Assembly (NCBI GenBank): GCA_964409335.1
Contig: CAYPCW010000001.1
Location: forward strand, 31,570-95,569
Reading direction: 5' to 3'
DNA: 64,000 nt
DNA from: an uncultured bacterium
GTDB lineage: Bacteria > Fidelibacterota > Marinisomatia > SCGC-AAA003-L08 > JACNLC01
The notes beneath the pieces were generated by a model. It was not told the DNA's origin. It ran no database searches and saw only the letters and a program-made list of their open reading frames with translations. Of this stretch, positions 48,605 through 59,604 are shown piece by piece. The stretch's first letter is position 1. Each line of letters starts with the position of its first letter. The position numbers and the translations under genes are program-made.

Positions 48605-50676
48605 TTTTGGTGTGGGGCATCCTCCAAAACCGAAAGGTCCTGTTTCGTCTCAGTCGCCGGTGCTGCAAGATTTTCAGATTTTCGTCGGTTTGATCGGCGG
48701 CGTCTGCGTTTTGGAGCGGTCTGGGCAGCGCGAATGTCTGAAATGCGCTTACCACTGATGACCGCCTGCATCTCTGCACCGGAAATTGTCTCATATTCTA
48801 AGAGTGCCTCAGCCAATACAACAAGTTCATCATGATGACCCCGCAGAATTTTTTCGGCCTGCTTCTCGGCTCTGCGAACAATCATCGTAATTTCACTATC
48901 GATTGTCGATGATATCTCATCACTATAATCCCGGGCATGACTGATTTCCCGACCCAGGAAAACTTCCTCGGTTTTTTTTCCAAAAGTCAGTGGGCCAATT
49001 TTGTCGCTCATTCCCCATTCACACACCATCTTCCTGGCAATATTTGTAGCAACTTCGATATCATTTGCCGCACCGGTGGAAAAATCCTTGAATATCAATT
49101 GCTCAGCGGTGCGTCCACCCATTAAAACATCCAATTGCCCTAAGAGAAAATTCTTTGAATAATTGTGTTTTTCGTGGTCCGGCAATTGTGCAGTCAGCCC
49201 CAAAGCACGTCCTCTGGGAATGATCGTAATCTTATGTACAGGGTCTGATCCCGGGGTATGATGTGCCACCAGCGCATGTCCGGCCTCATGGTAGGCGGTA
49301 TTCTTTTTTTCTTCCGGGGTCAGGATCATACTTTTACGTTCCACGCCCATCATGACCTTGTCTTTTGCTTCTTCAAAGTCCACCATGGATACAAAATTCT
49401 GATTTTTCCGTGCTGCAAGCAAAGCGGCTTCATTGACCAAATTTTCTAAATCTGCCCCAACCAGACCTGGTGTGCCCTTTGCCACGGTTCTGAGTACGAC
49501 ATCCTGCCCTAGGGGGACATTCTTTGAATGAATTTTCAAAATGGCTTCCCTTCCTTCGATTCCGGGGGCGTCTACTATGATTTGTCGATCAAATCTGCCG
49601 GGGCGAAGCAAGGCTTTGTCCAGTACATCCGGTCGGTTCGTCGCAGCAAGTAGAATGACATTTACATCGGTATCAAATCCATCCATCTCGACTAAAATTT
49701 GGTTTAATGTCTGTTCCCGTTCGTCATGTCCGCCACCCAGGCCTGCGCCTCTGTGCCTGCCGACAGCATCAATTTCATCAATAAATATGATGGATGGAGA
49801 ACTCTTTTTTGCCTGTTCAAACAAATCTCTCACCCGGCTGGCGCCCACACCCACAAACATTTCAACAAATTCGGCGCCGCTGATACTGAAGAACGGAACA
49901 CCTGCTTCCCCGGATACCGCTTTTGCCAGCAACGTCTTCCCGGTTCCCGGAGGACCCAATAACAATGCACCTTTCGGTATTTTTGCCCCGAGTTTGCTAT
50001 ACTTTTTTGGATTTTTCAGAAATTGTACGATTTCTTCAAGTTCGACTTTCGCCTCTTCACAACCAGCCACATCTTTAAATGTAACTTTGGGGTTAGCGGG
50101 CGAAATTAACCTCGCTCTGCTTTTGATGAATCCAAATATCCCGCTCTGACCTCCAGCCCCCTGCATTCGCCGCATGAAAAATATGTAGAGAACGATGATC
50201 AATATCCATGGAGCGAAATTGATGAGATAGTCTGCCATACCCGGGGAAGGATCCTTAAACTGATATGGAAACCCCTTCTCATTCCATTTATCAATCAGTT
50301 CACTATCCACAAATGGTAAGGTGGTCGTGAATTTTTCATATACCTGGTTTACAGATCGATATTGTTGTTTTTCAGGCTGTTTGAGCGTTCCGGTAAATTT
50401 GTTACCCACAATTTCAGCAGATTTAATCTTGTCATCTTCCACATATTTTTGGAATTCTGTGAATGACACAGTTTTGGTTTTGGCTTCTCCGCCATAAAAC
50501 TGAATAATGGTCAGTGCGCCGAGGATGATGATCAACCATATGGCCGTCGTCTTTCCTCCGTTCGACCAGAATTTGTTAATATTCCTACCTCCGCCGGGTA
50601 TCTTGTTTCGTTTGTCACCGGATTTCTTTGAAGTATTTCCGTTGTCCTGATGGTTTTTATGGTCATTCGCCATCAA
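48601..50676 (-). CDS. ftsH: ATP-dependent zinc metalloprotease FtsH
   Basis: Two TM helices, AAA module [11 protein letters not shown] region and the HEAGHA zinc motif. 691 aa. Confidence 0.97.
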   Translation of the reverse strand: MMANDHKNHQDNGNTSKKSGDKRNKIPGGGRNINKFWSNGGKTTAIWLIIILGALTIIQFYGGEAKTKTVSFTEFQKYVEDDKIKSAEIVGNKFTGTLKQPEKQQYRSVNQVYEKFTTTLPFVDSELIDKWNEKGFPYQFKDPSPGMADYLINFAPWILIIVLYIFFMRRMQGAGGQSGIFGFIKSRARLISPANPKVTFKDVAGCEEAKVELEEIVQFLKNPKKYSKLGAKIPKGALLLGPPGTGKTLLAKAVSGEAGVPFFSISGAEFVEMFVGVGASRVRDLFEQAKKSSPSIIFIDEIDAVGRHRGAGLGGGHDEREQTLNQILVEMDGFDTDVNVILLAATNRPDVLDKALLRPGRFDRQIIVDAPGIEGREAILKIHSKNVPLGQDVVLRTVAKGTPGLVGADLENLVNEAALLAARKNQNFVSMVDFEEAKDKVMMGVERKSMILTPEEKKNTAYHEAGHALVAHHTPGSDPVHKITIIPRGRALGLTAQLPDHEKHNYSKNFLLGQLDVLMGGRTAEQLIFKDFSTGAANDIEVATNIARKMVCEWGMSDKIGPLTFGKKTEEVFLGREISHARDYSDEISSTIDSEITMIVRRAEKQAEKILRGHHDELVVLAEALLEYETISGAEMQAVISGKRISDIRAAQTAPKRRRRRSNRRKSENLAAPATETKQDLSVLEDAPHQK

Positions 50677-51253
50677 TAATATCCCCTTCTTTAAATGCCA
50701 AAATATGTTTTAAACCTCTCAATCCCTGATTATAATCCAACCCATATCCAACAACATACCGATTTGGGATGCTAAATCCCACATAATCGATATCAAAATT
50801 GATATTGGCGATTTCCTTTTTCAACAATAGGGTGACAAACGTTACGGATTGAGGCCGGGCATCCTCCAGCCGATGCTTTAAAAATTGAATGGATAGTCCG
50901 GTATCGATGATATCTTCAACCACGACCACATGACGATTTGTAATATCGGCGCTGATATCCTTTAGCAGCCGGACTGTTCCGGATGAAGTTGATTTATTTC
51001 CATAAGAATCAATTTTGATGAAATCAACTTCGAAATCAATTTTCAGTTCGCGCATAAGATCTGCAAAGAACATGAACGATCCATTCATAACCCCAACGAA
51101 TATAGGTACGGTGTCTTTGAATTTATCCGATATTTGAATGGCGAGTTTTTCTACCCGCTTTTTAATTCTACTGGAAGAGATTAATATATCCAGCGCATGT
51201 CCTTCGAATGGATAACCCTTGGGTAATATAAATTCTTTCAAGTCCATAAGCAC
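50663..51253 (-). CDS. hpt: hypoxanthine phosphoribosyltransferase
   Basis: VVVVEDIIDTGLS PRPP-binding motif. Conserved tilS-hpt-ftsH order. Confidence 0.9.
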   Translation of the reverse strand: MLMDLKEFILPKGYPFEGHALDILISSSRIKKRVEKLAIQISDKFKDTVPIFVGVMNGSFMFFADLMRELKIDFEVDFIKIDSYGNKSTSSGTVRLLKDISADITNRHVVVVEDIIDTGLSIQFLKHRLEDARPQSVTFVTLLLKKEIANINFDIDYVGFSIPNRYVVGYGLDYNQGLRGLKHILAFKEGDIIDGE

Positions 51254-52605
51254 TCTATTTTAATATTATTCCTTTCCAATTTACCACCTCCGAAATCAAT
51301 AAATGCATGTGCCAAGCCTGGTATCCAGAGAATTTTGTCCCCTTGGGTTACCACAACAGGGTATTTCCATTTTTCCATTACGGGAATTTTATGGTTGATA
51401 AATAAATCGCTGACTTTCACGTGGTGGCGGTCTTTATCAACCTGGATTATGTCTCCTTTTTTCCATTGACGAACAAAGATACCATCAGCAATCATATTTT
51501 CGGGGAGTACCATAAATCGTTTATCGGAAGATTTTTCATAACTATCTGCGGACAAGGAATCTATTTTAAAAAGATGGTTGGTCCATCTTGTCTTTCGGAT
51601 ACGATTCAGTTTCTTTTTAGATATTTTCTGTTTTTTTTCGCATGTAAGGCAAACAGATTCTCTGTCCATGATTGAGAAAATATCCATGCAAAGTTCAAAA
51701 ACCGTACCAGTCACCGCATTATGGATAAACTGCCAGAACGATACCCAATGACTGCCACTTAAAGAAATCTCAGATTTACCCAGATAGTCTGTTACGAGAG
51801 ATTTTATCACGATTTTCTTCTTATCATCACTTAATTTCAGAAATTCAACCTTTTTAATTTGGACATAACCGGAGGGATGATGTCCCGATACCACTGCGTC
51901 AATATTTAGATCTTTCTTTAATTTGGTGAATTTTCGTTTCGCATTTGCGGATATCCTGATTAAACGATCGATGAGTTCCGGTTCTGATGTACGAACTCCC
52001 GGTAAAACCGAATGTCGGATTTTATTACGAAGATATCTCTGATCCCTGTTTGTGGGATCGTCAATCCATGTTAAATCATTTAGCATGGCATAATCAACCA
52101 AATGTTTTTTATCGATATTCAATAAGGGTCTTCTGATGAGTCCAAGCTGTTCCCGTATCCCCTGCATCGAAATCCAGTCTGCGTTCTGCATATACCGCAT
52201 ATACAGGGTTTCAATTTGATCGTCCCTGTGATGGGCGGTGAAAATCCATTGATATCCATGTTCCCGGGCAACCTTAGCTAAATAGGCATATCGAACCTCC
52301 CGCGCCCACTTTTCGAAGGAACCCAATCTGGTGCCATCGGTAAAATTTGCCGAATGAAACCGGCATTTAAGTTTGTCTGCAGTTTGAGCAGATAAGGTTT
52401 CTGCTTCATCCGCATCTGGCCGGATACCATAATTGATATGAGCCAATCCCATTGTATGCAGGGTGTCATGTGAGATCCTTGCCATGATATCTGTCAATAC
52501 CATGCTATCCACTCCTCCGGAGATTGCAATGAGAATCCGTCTGCCCCCCTCAGCTCCCTCGGAATATTTTCGGACTTTTCGTTTAACATGAGCAACCAGA
52601 TTCAT
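51238..52605 (-). CDS. tilS: tRNA(Ile)-lysidine synthetase
   Basis: ISGGVDS PP-loop motif near the N-terminus. 455 aa. Conserved position upstream of hpt-ftsH. Confidence 0.9.
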   Translation of the reverse strand: MNLVAHVKRKVRKYSEGAEGGRRILIAISGGVDSMVLTDIMARISHDTLHTMGLAHINYGIRPDADEAETLSAQTADKLKCRFHSANFTDGTRLGSFEKWAREVRYAYLAKVAREHGYQWIFTAHHRDDQIETLYMRYMQNADWISMQGIREQLGLIRRPLLNIDKKHLVDYAMLNDLTWIDDPTNRDQRYLRNKIRHSVLPGVRTSEPELIDRLIRISANAKRKFTKLKKDLNIDAVVSGHHPSGYVQIKKVEFLKLSDDKKKIVIKSLVTDYLGKSEISLSGSHWVSFWQFIHNAVTGTVFELCMDIFSIMDRESVCLTCEKKQKISKKKLNRIRKTRWTNHLFKIDSLSADSYEKSSDKRFMVLPENMIADGIFVRQWKKGDIIQVDKDRHHVKVSDLFINHKIPVMEKWKYPVVVTQGDKILWIPGLAHAFIDFGGGKLERNNIKIECLWT

Positions 52606-53225
52606 TGTTTCAGAAAGGGATTATTGCGCTGTTCATTCCCGATCGTTGTATCCGGGCCATGACCACAATGAACCACCGTATTTTCCGGGAGAACCAACAA
52701 CTTACTTTTAATTGAAGAAATCAGGGAAGTCTGATCACCACCGGGAAGATCGGTGCGTCCCACAGACCCATGAAAGAGCGTGTCCCCGGCAAATAAATGA
52801 TGACCAATTTTGAAGCAAACGCCTCCCAGGGTGTGACCCGGTGTTTCAATAACCTCAATATCAATTTGACCGCAGGTAAAGTTTTCCCGGTCCGATATAT
52901 AACCGGATATGGTGGGCACTTTTGATTCGGGTAATCCAAACATCCGTTGATATTGTGTCAGACCCTGGACAAGCGACTCATCCTTTGAATGAATTCTAAA
53001 GGGGACATGATATGTAGAGGCCAGTTCATCAACTGCGCCGATATGATCCAGGTGGCCATGCGTTGCAAGCACACATTTTAAATTTAATTTCTGCCTATTA
53101 ATGGATGCTGCGATTTTATCTGCATCATCTCCAGGATCAATTAACACACATTCATGGGTATTTAGATCGGCTACAATCCAGGCATTTTCAGAAAAAGGAC
53201 CATTTTCTATTTTAGTAATCTTAAT
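52602..53225 (-). CDS. MBL-fold metallo-hydrolase (glyoxalase II / YcbL-like)
   Basis: THGHLDHIG (HxHxDH), TPGHTLG and a later H/D ligand series. The track ORF extends to 53393 across the upstream gene's 3' end. The homologous N-terminus begins at IKITKIENGPFSENAWIV, so the start is uncertain (ATT 53225 or ATG 53282). Confidence 0.8.
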   Translation of the reverse strand: MKITKIENGPFSENAWIVADLNTHECVLIDPGDDADKIAASINRQKLNLKCVLATHGHLDHIGAVDELASTYHVPFRIHSKDESLVQGLTQYQRMFGLPESKVPTISGYISDRENFTCGQIDIEVIETPGHTLGGVCFKIGHHLFAGDTLFHGSVGRTDLPGGDQTSLISSIKSKLLVLPENTVVHCGHGPDTTIGNEQRNNPFLKQ

Positions 53226-53232
53226 ATCGATT

Positions 53233-54306
53233 TTACACCTCGTCAAAGAATAAAGGCAACAGACATTGAATTTTACTTTCATAAGAATGTGGATATAGAA
53301 ACCACATGGCTGCAGAGATAGAGGACATGAGTGAATTTCCATCCTGAGGCGTAAAGCAGAAACCGGTGATATCCTTTCCGTCAGAACTGACATGAAGACT
53401 AGGGATGGCGACGACCGTGTGATTCAATATCCTGCCGTAGTGTCCCTGATCCCGTCCAAATGAAAATACTTCGCAGGCATCCCGTTTATCAGTCGTTGCG
53501 ATTCTTTTATTTCCGTCCAGTTTAGCGAGAACTTTTTGAGGTGTTGTCGGATTATTTACTTTTAGGTGGAAATGAAGGGAATGCATGTATTGGGTGTTTA
53601 CTTTCATCGCAGACGAGAATAGATTTAGATTCAAATCAACGGTTTGGAACAACAGAGCGGCATCCCGTGCATGGTGAGTGCCATATACCTGATCCTCGTG
53701 TTTCCCCACTTGAGGTGAAGGAACAAATGAAGATGACTGACTCACATCATTCGCCCGGCGGATCATCACAAATCGTCCGCTGATCAGATTTCCGTCCGGT
53801 TCATCCTCTAAAGTCAGTGTTTTGATGATGGCGCACAAATTATGCGTATTGCAGGATACAACTTGTATAAACTGATCTTTTTTTGGATCCAGAGCCTGAT
53901 CATTGATTCCACGGGCATACATCTTCCCGAATCCGAACTCGCTTCCCTGTGCGATAAAGCCGAAGGTATTATGTCTGAACCGGTCGTAATACTGTGTTTT
54001 ATTCTGATGTCCAATCCCGCTGGGTGTACAGTCAATGACCACACTTGCCCGTTCAATGGCTTCTTCTGATGTAAATTCAGGACGCAGGCCAATAGCGTTG
54101 AAACCATCGAAACGATCTTCCAATGTGGCAAGACGGGCGCCTCTTTTTAACAATGCTTTTACCTTGGCGCGATCGGTGGTAAGAGGGGTGTTTTTATGAA
54201 ATGTCACCTCGTCAATCCCAAGTTTTTCCCGAAAATCACATAGCAGGCCAATTAAAGGTTCCCCAATGGTTCCTGTCCCCACAATATGTACTATTTTTCT
54301 AGGCAT
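53233..54306 (-). CDS. type II (archaeal-type) glyceraldehyde-3-phosphate dehydrogenase-like oxidoreductase
   Basis: 357 aa. GTGTIG dinucleotide fold, VVIDCTPSGIGHQNK, VVSCNTHNL (catalytic Cys context SCNT), IRRANDVSQ and THHARD align by eye with archaeal GAPDH blocks (IDCTPEGIGAKN, VSCNTTGL, VRRGADPAQ, SHHGPD). Confidence 0.6.
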   Translation of the reverse strand: MPRKIVHIVGTGTIGEPLIGLLCDFREKLGIDEVTFHKNTPLTTDRAKVKALLKRGARLATLEDRFDGFNAIGLRPEFTSEEAIERASVVIDCTPSGIGHQNKTQYYDRFRHNTFGFIAQGSEFGFGKMYARGINDQALDPKKDQFIQVVSCNTHNLCAIIKTLTLEDEPDGNLISGRFVMIRRANDVSQSSSFVPSPQVGKHEDQVYGTHHARDAALLFQTVDLNLNLFSSAMKVNTQYMHSLHFHLKVNNPTTPQKVLAKLDGNKRIATTDKRDACEVFSFGRDQGHYGRILNHTVVAIPSLHVSSDGKDITGFCFTPQDGNSLMSSISAAMWFLYPHSYESKIQCLLPLFFDEV

Positions 54307-54333
54307 TGAAATATCCTTCTATTTATATTAATT

Positions 54334-55497
54334 TTATTCGTTGACACCATTTCCATCTTTGAATGCCGGCTTTTTTTTACCAAATTCGATACTGTCCATA
54401 AGAAATTTTAGTAACGCCGGCATCCCCTTCTGATTAAATATTCGAATCTGTTCATCTGCTTCGGATCCATTTTGTAAAATTTGGTGGCCAACCTGCAATA
54501 TCTCATGGTTCCAAAAATGGTTCAACGCCGGTGTTACATAATCAAATAACCGCAAAATAAAATCCCTCATGGTAATTGTATCAAATTTTACTGGGTCTAC
54601 GATTTTAGAATCAAACCTAAATCGAATGGCTTTCCATAATCCATCATCGAGATATTCCATCGGCAAATCCTCAATCAGGGTACCGGATAGAGAATCCTGG
54701 TATGCCTGGTAAACCAGAGCCTGAGATAAAGCAGTGATTAATTTTGTACGTTCCAAGGATCTTTGAATATCAAACATGCGAAACTCTATCGTGCCAAAAT
54801 CCATCGAGGGACGAATTTTCCACCAAATTTGTCTCGGTTTTTCGATGCTCCCGATGTCAATGAGTCTGTTTACAAGAGTTTCATATTCTTCGTAGGATTT
54901 AAATGTTGCAGGGATATTAGTACGGGGAAAGGTTCCGAATTGAAAACACCGCGAAGATAAAACACCGGTTTGTACCCCTTCAAAAAATGGAGAGTTTGTG
55001 CTTAAGGCCAACAGAGGCGCGATCCATCGGCGTAAGGCATTCAGGATACTGATTGCGGAACTTGCATCCGGGACGGCTACATGAACATGTGTGGCAAAAG
55101 TGATATTTCTTTTTGCATAGTATCCAAGTTGTTCTGCGACCCACTGATATCCGTGTACCGGGACAAATTTCTGATCCAGAGGGCGAGCTGTTGGATGAGT
55201 TCCACTGACACCGATTCGAAATCCTTCCGATTTTCCGATATCCGACACAATTCGTCGAAGCGATCCGATCTCGTGAATGGCCTCGTTCACCGTTTTACAT
55301 ACTTTTGTATTCACCTCAATTTCTGTCTGGATCAATTCATAACTCATTCGATCAGTCAGATGCTGTGGGATCCGGTTGATAATTTGTTCTGCCTTAGGAA
55401 TCAACTCACCAGAATCCGGATCGCATAACATATATTCTTCCTCAATACCAATGGTAAAAGGATGTTTGTGGTCAAATATTTTGGAATATGTTTTCAT
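54334..55497 (-). CDS. carboxylate-amine ligase, YbdK / glutamate-cysteine ligase family 2
   Basis: 387 aa. FTIGIEEEYML N-terminus, ELIQTEIEVNT and THVHV motifs of the GCS2 family. Confidence 0.85.
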   Translation of the reverse strand: MKTYSKIFDHKHPFTIGIEEEYMLCDPDSGELIPKAEQIINRIPQHLTDRMSYELIQTEIEVNTKVCKTVNEAIHEIGSLRRIVSDIGKSEGFRIGVSGTHPTARPLDQKFVPVHGYQWVAEQLGYYAKRNITFATHVHVAVPDASSAISILNALRRWIAPLLALSTNSPFFEGVQTGVLSSRCFQFGTFPRTNIPATFKSYEEYETLVNRLIDIGSIEKPRQIWWKIRPSMDFGTIEFRMFDIQRSLERTKLITALSQALVYQAYQDSLSGTLIEDLPMEYLDDGLWKAIRFRFDSKIVDPVKFDTITMRDFILRLFDYVTPALNHFWNHEILQVGHQILQNGSEADEQIRIFNQKGMPALLKFLMDSIEFGKKKPAFKDGNGVNE

Positions 55498-55522
55498 GCC
55501 AGGCCAGATGTTCTATGAAAAC

Positions 55523-57172
55523 CTAGATCACTTCAGATTCTGTCCATTCCCCGTACACCCGTTTCATCGCATTCACCATTTCACCGAGCGTAGCGTAGGA
55601 TTTGGCGGCTTTCACCAGAAAGGGCATGACATTGTCACCGGTTCGAGCGGCATTTGTAAGGTCATTCAAACATCGAGATGTATGCCGGTTATCCCGGAAA
55701 GATTTTAGTTTATTTAGTTTTGATACCTGCGTTTTCTCCACATCTTCTCCGATTTCAAGGATCGGGATTTCAATTTGCTCGTTCTTTTTCACAAATTCGT
55801 TTACACCTACGACGATCCGTTTCTTTTCATCAACCCGTTTTTGATAGGCGGAAGCGGCCTCTGCAATTTCCCGTTGAAGAAATCCCTGCTCAATTGCGGG
55901 GATGACCCCCCCCATATCGTCGATTTGTTTAAAATAGGCTTCTGCTTTTTCTTCCATTCTGTCCGTCAATTTTTCGACATACCACGATCCGCCTAATGGG
56001 TCGATCACATTTACGACGCCGGTTTCGAAAGCGATCAGTTGTTGGGTACGAAGTGCAATTTCAGCTGCTTTTTCGGAGGGAAGCGCCAATGTTTCGTCCA
56101 TTGAATTTGTGTGCAGGGACTGGGTGCCGCCCAAGACAGCGGCTAAGGCTTGAAATGATGTTCTGGCGATATTATTTTCCGGTTGCTGGGCTGTGAGTGA
56201 AAAACCGGCAGTCTGGGTATGAAACCGCAACTTCCATGATCGGGGATCCTTTGCACCGTATTTTGTTTTCATCCGCTTTGCCCATATTCGTCTGGCAGCT
56301 CTGAATTTTGCCACTTCCTCAAAAAAGTCAAGATGAGAATTAAAAAAGAAAGACAGGCGGGGTGCAAATTGATCCACCTCCAGTCCGCGGGCAATAGCAT
56401 GCTCAACATAAGTAAATCCATCCGCCAGGGTAAATGCCAACTCCTGTACTGCCGTAGAACCGGCCTCCCGGATATGATACCCGCTGATGGAGATGGTGTT
56501 ATACAATGGAAGATGTTCTGTGCAATATTCGATCATATCGGTGATGATCTTCATGGATTCTTTCGGTGGAAAGATCCATTCCTTCTGAGCGATATATTCT
56601 TTTAAAATGTCATTTTGAAGCGTCCCACGAAGAACAGAACGGTTTACTCCCTGCAATTCACCGACGGCAATGTAAAATGCCAATAGAATGACACTCGGAC
56701 CATTAATCGTCTGAGACACGCTGACTTTATCCAGAGGAATGCCGTCAAATAATTCTTCCATGTCCCTTAGGGAACATACAGATACACCACACTTCCCCAC
56801 CTCTCCTTCAGAAAACTCATGGTCACAGTCATATCCCATCAGAGTCGGCATATCATAGGCAACCGATAGCCCGGTCTGACCCTGGTTGAGTAAAAATTTA
56901 AACCGGTTATTCGTTTCCGATGGCGTACCGAACCCGGCAAATTGTCGCATCGTCCATAATCGCCCACGATACAAGTTCGGATGAATACCCCGGGTATACG
57001 GATATTGTCCGGGAAATCCAAGCTTATCAAGATAGGTTTCGTCCCCATTTTCGGGATAATACAATAAATCTACCGACTCACCTGAAACCGTGTCAAAGTT
57101 GTAATTCTGTTGACCAGATTTTTTTACCTCGTCAAGCCATTTTTCTTTTTGTGTGCGGTATTTTTGATTCAT
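55523..57172 (-). CDS. acyl-CoA mutase large (substrate-binding TIM-barrel) subunit, methylmalonyl-CoA mutase family, without a B12-binding domain
   Basis: 549 aa. [41 protein letters not shown] and RFHTQTAG blocks. It ends before the linker and cobalamin domain. Confidence 0.9.
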   Translation of the reverse strand: MNQKYRTQKEKWLDEVKKSGQQNYNFDTVSGESVDLLYYPENGDETYLDKLGFPGQYPYTRGIHPNLYRGRLWTMRQFAGFGTPSETNNRFKFLLNQGQTGLSVAYDMPTLMGYDCDHEFSEGEVGKCGVSVCSLRDMEELFDGIPLDKVSVSQTINGPSVILLAFYIAVGELQGVNRSVLRGTLQNDILKEYIAQKEWIFPPKESMKIITDMIEYCTEHLPLYNTISISGYHIREAGSTAVQELAFTLADGFTYVEHAIARGLEVDQFAPRLSFFFNSHLDFFEEVAKFRAARRIWAKRMKTKYGAKDPRSWKLRFHTQTAGFSLTAQQPENNIARTSFQALAAVLGGTQSLHTNSMDETLALPSEKAAEIALRTQQLIAFETGVVNVIDPLGGSWYVEKLTDRMEEKAEAYFKQIDDMGGVIPAIEQGFLQREIAEAASAYQKRVDEKKRIVVGVNEFVKKNEQIEIPILEIGEDVEKTQVSKLNKLKSFRDNRHTSRCLNDLTNAARTGDNVMPFLVKAAKSYATLGEMVNAMKRVYGEWTESEVI

Positions 57173-57179
57173 GGTTGCC

Positions 57180-59039
57180 TCAAAGTTTACGTAATTCGTC
57201 CATCAAACCATCGATATTTAACTTAAGATCATCTAATAATTCCTGCCGGGTTCCCTGCTCGATAAAATGATCCGGGATGCCCATGCGATGAACTGAAATA
57301 TTTAGATCAGATGAATTGAGATATTCAATGATTGAAGATCCGAACCCCCCTTGTAACGCACCCTCCTCCATTGTAATGATTCGGGAATGGCTTTGCGTCA
57401 GATCCGCCAACAAGATAGCGTCAAATGGCTTGATGAATCTGGCATTGATGATGGTTGGGTTAATGTCAAGTTCTTGTTTAATTTTGGGTAGTGCCCGTTT
57501 TGCCACTTCAACCATACTTCCCGTTGCAATCACAGCAACGGATTTACCCTGATTCACAATTTCCCAGGATCCAATGGTAAGCCTGTCCGGTTTACGATTA
57601 GGATTAAAACAAAAGCTCGTATCTTTGGGATATCGGATCGCAAACGGTTTCCGTTCAAGAACAGCAGTATGCAATAAGTCATAAAACTCGTCGCCGGTGG
57701 AGGGTGCAGATAAAATGATGCCCGGCAGCATTCTCAATAGCGGGATGTCAAACACACCGTGATGAGTCGGACCGTCCGGACCCACGATGCCCGCCCTGTC
57801 CAGGCAAATGATCGCGGGGAGATCCTGAAGTAAAATATCATGGAAAATATTGTCATACGCCCGCTGAATAAAGGTGGAATAGATCGCAACAACCGGCAAT
57901 AGTCCTGCAGAAGATAAACCGCTGGCGTAGGTTATTGCATGTCCCTCTGCAATACCCACATCAATATAACGCTCCTTGAATTCATTCACATATTTACTCA
58001 ACCCTGTACCGATCCCCATTGCAGCTGTAATACAAATGATATCCGGTTCTTTTATCGCAATGTCTCGAATGGATCTCCCAAATATCTCTGAATAGTCAGG
58101 GGCGGGTTTGACGGTCTCCGCATTCTCTTTCCCGCGAAGACTGTAATATTTTACAGAATCGGATTCTGCGAGTTCTGATCCCCTCCCTTTTTTAGTGTAC
58201 ACATGCACTAATGTGGGATTTGGAAAATTCTTCACCGAATCAAACGTTTGAATCAGCAGGTCTAAATTATGCCCGTCAATGGGACCAACATATCTCAATC
58301 CCAATTCCTCGAAAAGTGCTCCGGGCGTGAAAAAACCTTTGATCCCTTCTTCCGTTTTACGAAGAAATTTTCGAATGAATTTTGATGGAAAAGTTGGAAT
58401 TTTTCCCGTCACGTTCCATATATCATTTCGAATTTTATTATAAGCGGGATGGGTCAGAACCCGGGTCAGATATCCCGATAGGGCACCAACGCTCGGGGAG
58501 ATTGACAGCGAATTATCATTTAACACGACGGTCAATTGTGTTCTGTGGAACCCTAAGTTATTCATTCCCTCATAAGACAAACCGCCCGTCAGTGCACCAT
58601 CACCTACAATAGCGACCACCCGTTCACTGCCCTTTAGCCGGTCACGGGCATGCGCGATTCCCAGCGCTGATGAGATAGCGGTACTTGCATGCCCTGCACC
58701 GATAATGTCATGAGGGCTTTCATCCCGTTTCAGAAACCCGCTGATCCCGCCTTTCTTCCGGAGTGTGCTGAATCTGTCTCTTCTCCCGGTGATTATTTTA
58801 TGAGCGTACGCTTGGTGACCCACGTCCCACACAAGTTTATCTTCAGGAGAATTGTACACGTAATGCAGTGCGATCGTAAGATCAACTACGCCCAAAGGAG
58901 AGGAATAATGACCACCAATCTCCTCAATAACAGTTTGAATGAAATGACAGAGCTCTTTGGAATATTCCTCCAATTCCCGGGTATTCAGATGCTTTAAATC
59001 CGTCGGATCATTAATTTGGTATAGATAGCGGTAGGGCAT
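57180..59039 (-). CDS. dxs: 1-deoxy-D-xylulose-5-phosphate synthase
   Basis: [25 protein letters not shown] and [11 protein letters not shown] motifs. 619 aa. Confidence 0.97.
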   Translation of the reverse strand: MPYRYLYQINDPTDLKHLNTRELEEYSKELCHFIQTVIEEIGGHYSSPLGVVDLTIALHYVYNSPEDKLVWDVGHQAYAHKIITGRRDRFSTLRKKGGISGFLKRDESPHDIIGAGHASTAISSALGIAHARDRLKGSERVVAIVGDGALTGGLSYEGMNNLGFHRTQLTVVLNDNSLSISPSVGALSGYLTRVLTHPAYNKIRNDIWNVTGKIPTFPSKFIRKFLRKTEEGIKGFFTPGALFEELGLRYVGPIDGHNLDLLIQTFDSVKNFPNPTLVHVYTKKGRGSELAESDSVKYYSLRGKENAETVKPAPDYSEIFGRSIRDIAIKEPDIICITAAMGIGTGLSKYVNEFKERYIDVGIAEGHAITYASGLSSAGLLPVVAIYSTFIQRAYDNIFHDILLQDLPAIICLDRAGIVGPDGPTHHGVFDIPLLRMLPGIILSAPSTGDEFYDLLHTAVLERKPFAIRYPKDTSFCFNPNRKPDRLTIGSWEIVNQGKSVAVIATGSMVEVAKRALPKIKQELDINPTIINARFIKPFDAILLADLTQSHSRIITMEEGALQGGFGSSIIEYLNSSDLNISVHRMGIPDHFIEQGTRQELLDDLKLNIDGLMDELRKL

Positions 59040-59602
59040 CAGGTAAACAACCCCATAAAGTATTCATGTATTCTGTAATCTGATCCTATTTCAGGATGAA
59101 AGGACACTGCGAGATGATGACCGTCTTTTACCAATATGGGCTCACCATTGAGTTGGGCTAATAATTCAATATTATCAGATGTGGGACGAAATTTCGGTGC
59201 CCGGATAAAGGTGGCTAAAAAAGGAGGTTCGGCATCAAAGGACAGGGAAATTTCTTCCTGGAATGAAAATACCTGTCTGCCCCACGAATTTCTACGGCAA
59301 TCAATATTCATAATTTGCAAGGGTCGCACTCTGGGATCTTCTACGCCCCGGGAGAGTAGAATCGCCCCCGCACACGTCCCCATAATCGGATGTGACTCCG
59401 CAAAATACCGGAGAGGGTCAAACAGCCCTGTTGATCTCATGTGCAAAGACATGGTTGTAGATTCTCCGCCCGGGATCACCAGCCCGTCACACTGCTTCAG
59501 TTGTTCCGGGTATTTTATCAGAATAGTTTTCTGGCCCAAATTTTCAAATACCCGTCGCTGAAGATCAAAATCGCCCTGCAAGGCTAGGATTCCAATGATC
59601 AA
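59039..59602 (-). CDS. pdxT: pyridoxal 5'-phosphate synthase glutaminase subunit
   Basis: IGILALQGDF N-terminus, GTCAG catalytic Cys and FHPE. Downstream of pdxS. Confidence 0.95.
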   Translation of the reverse strand: MIIGILALQGDFDLQRRVFENLGQKTILIKYPEQLKQCDGLVIPGGESTTMSLHMRSTGLFDPLRYFAESHPIMGTCAGAILLSRGVEDPRVRPLQIMNIDCRRNSWGRQVFSFQEEISLSFDAEPPFLATFIRAPKFRPTSDNIELLAQLNGEPILVKDGHHLAVSFHPEIGSDYRIHEYFMGLFT

Positions 59603-59604
59603 TA

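Noticed and set aside
49541-50149. Long antisense ORFs inside conserved genes: 202 aa opposite ftsH. Similar cases are 191 aa at 60780-61355 opposite ispH, 156 aa and 163 aa at 22216-23080 opposite gcvH/accC, and 155 aa at 45598-46065 opposite lysS.
   Set aside because: Each lies entirely within a strongly supported gene on the other strand. Their products are low-complexity (Ser/Pro/Arg-rich) with no recognisable motifs or RBS. This is the typical shadow-frame artefact of long conserved genes.
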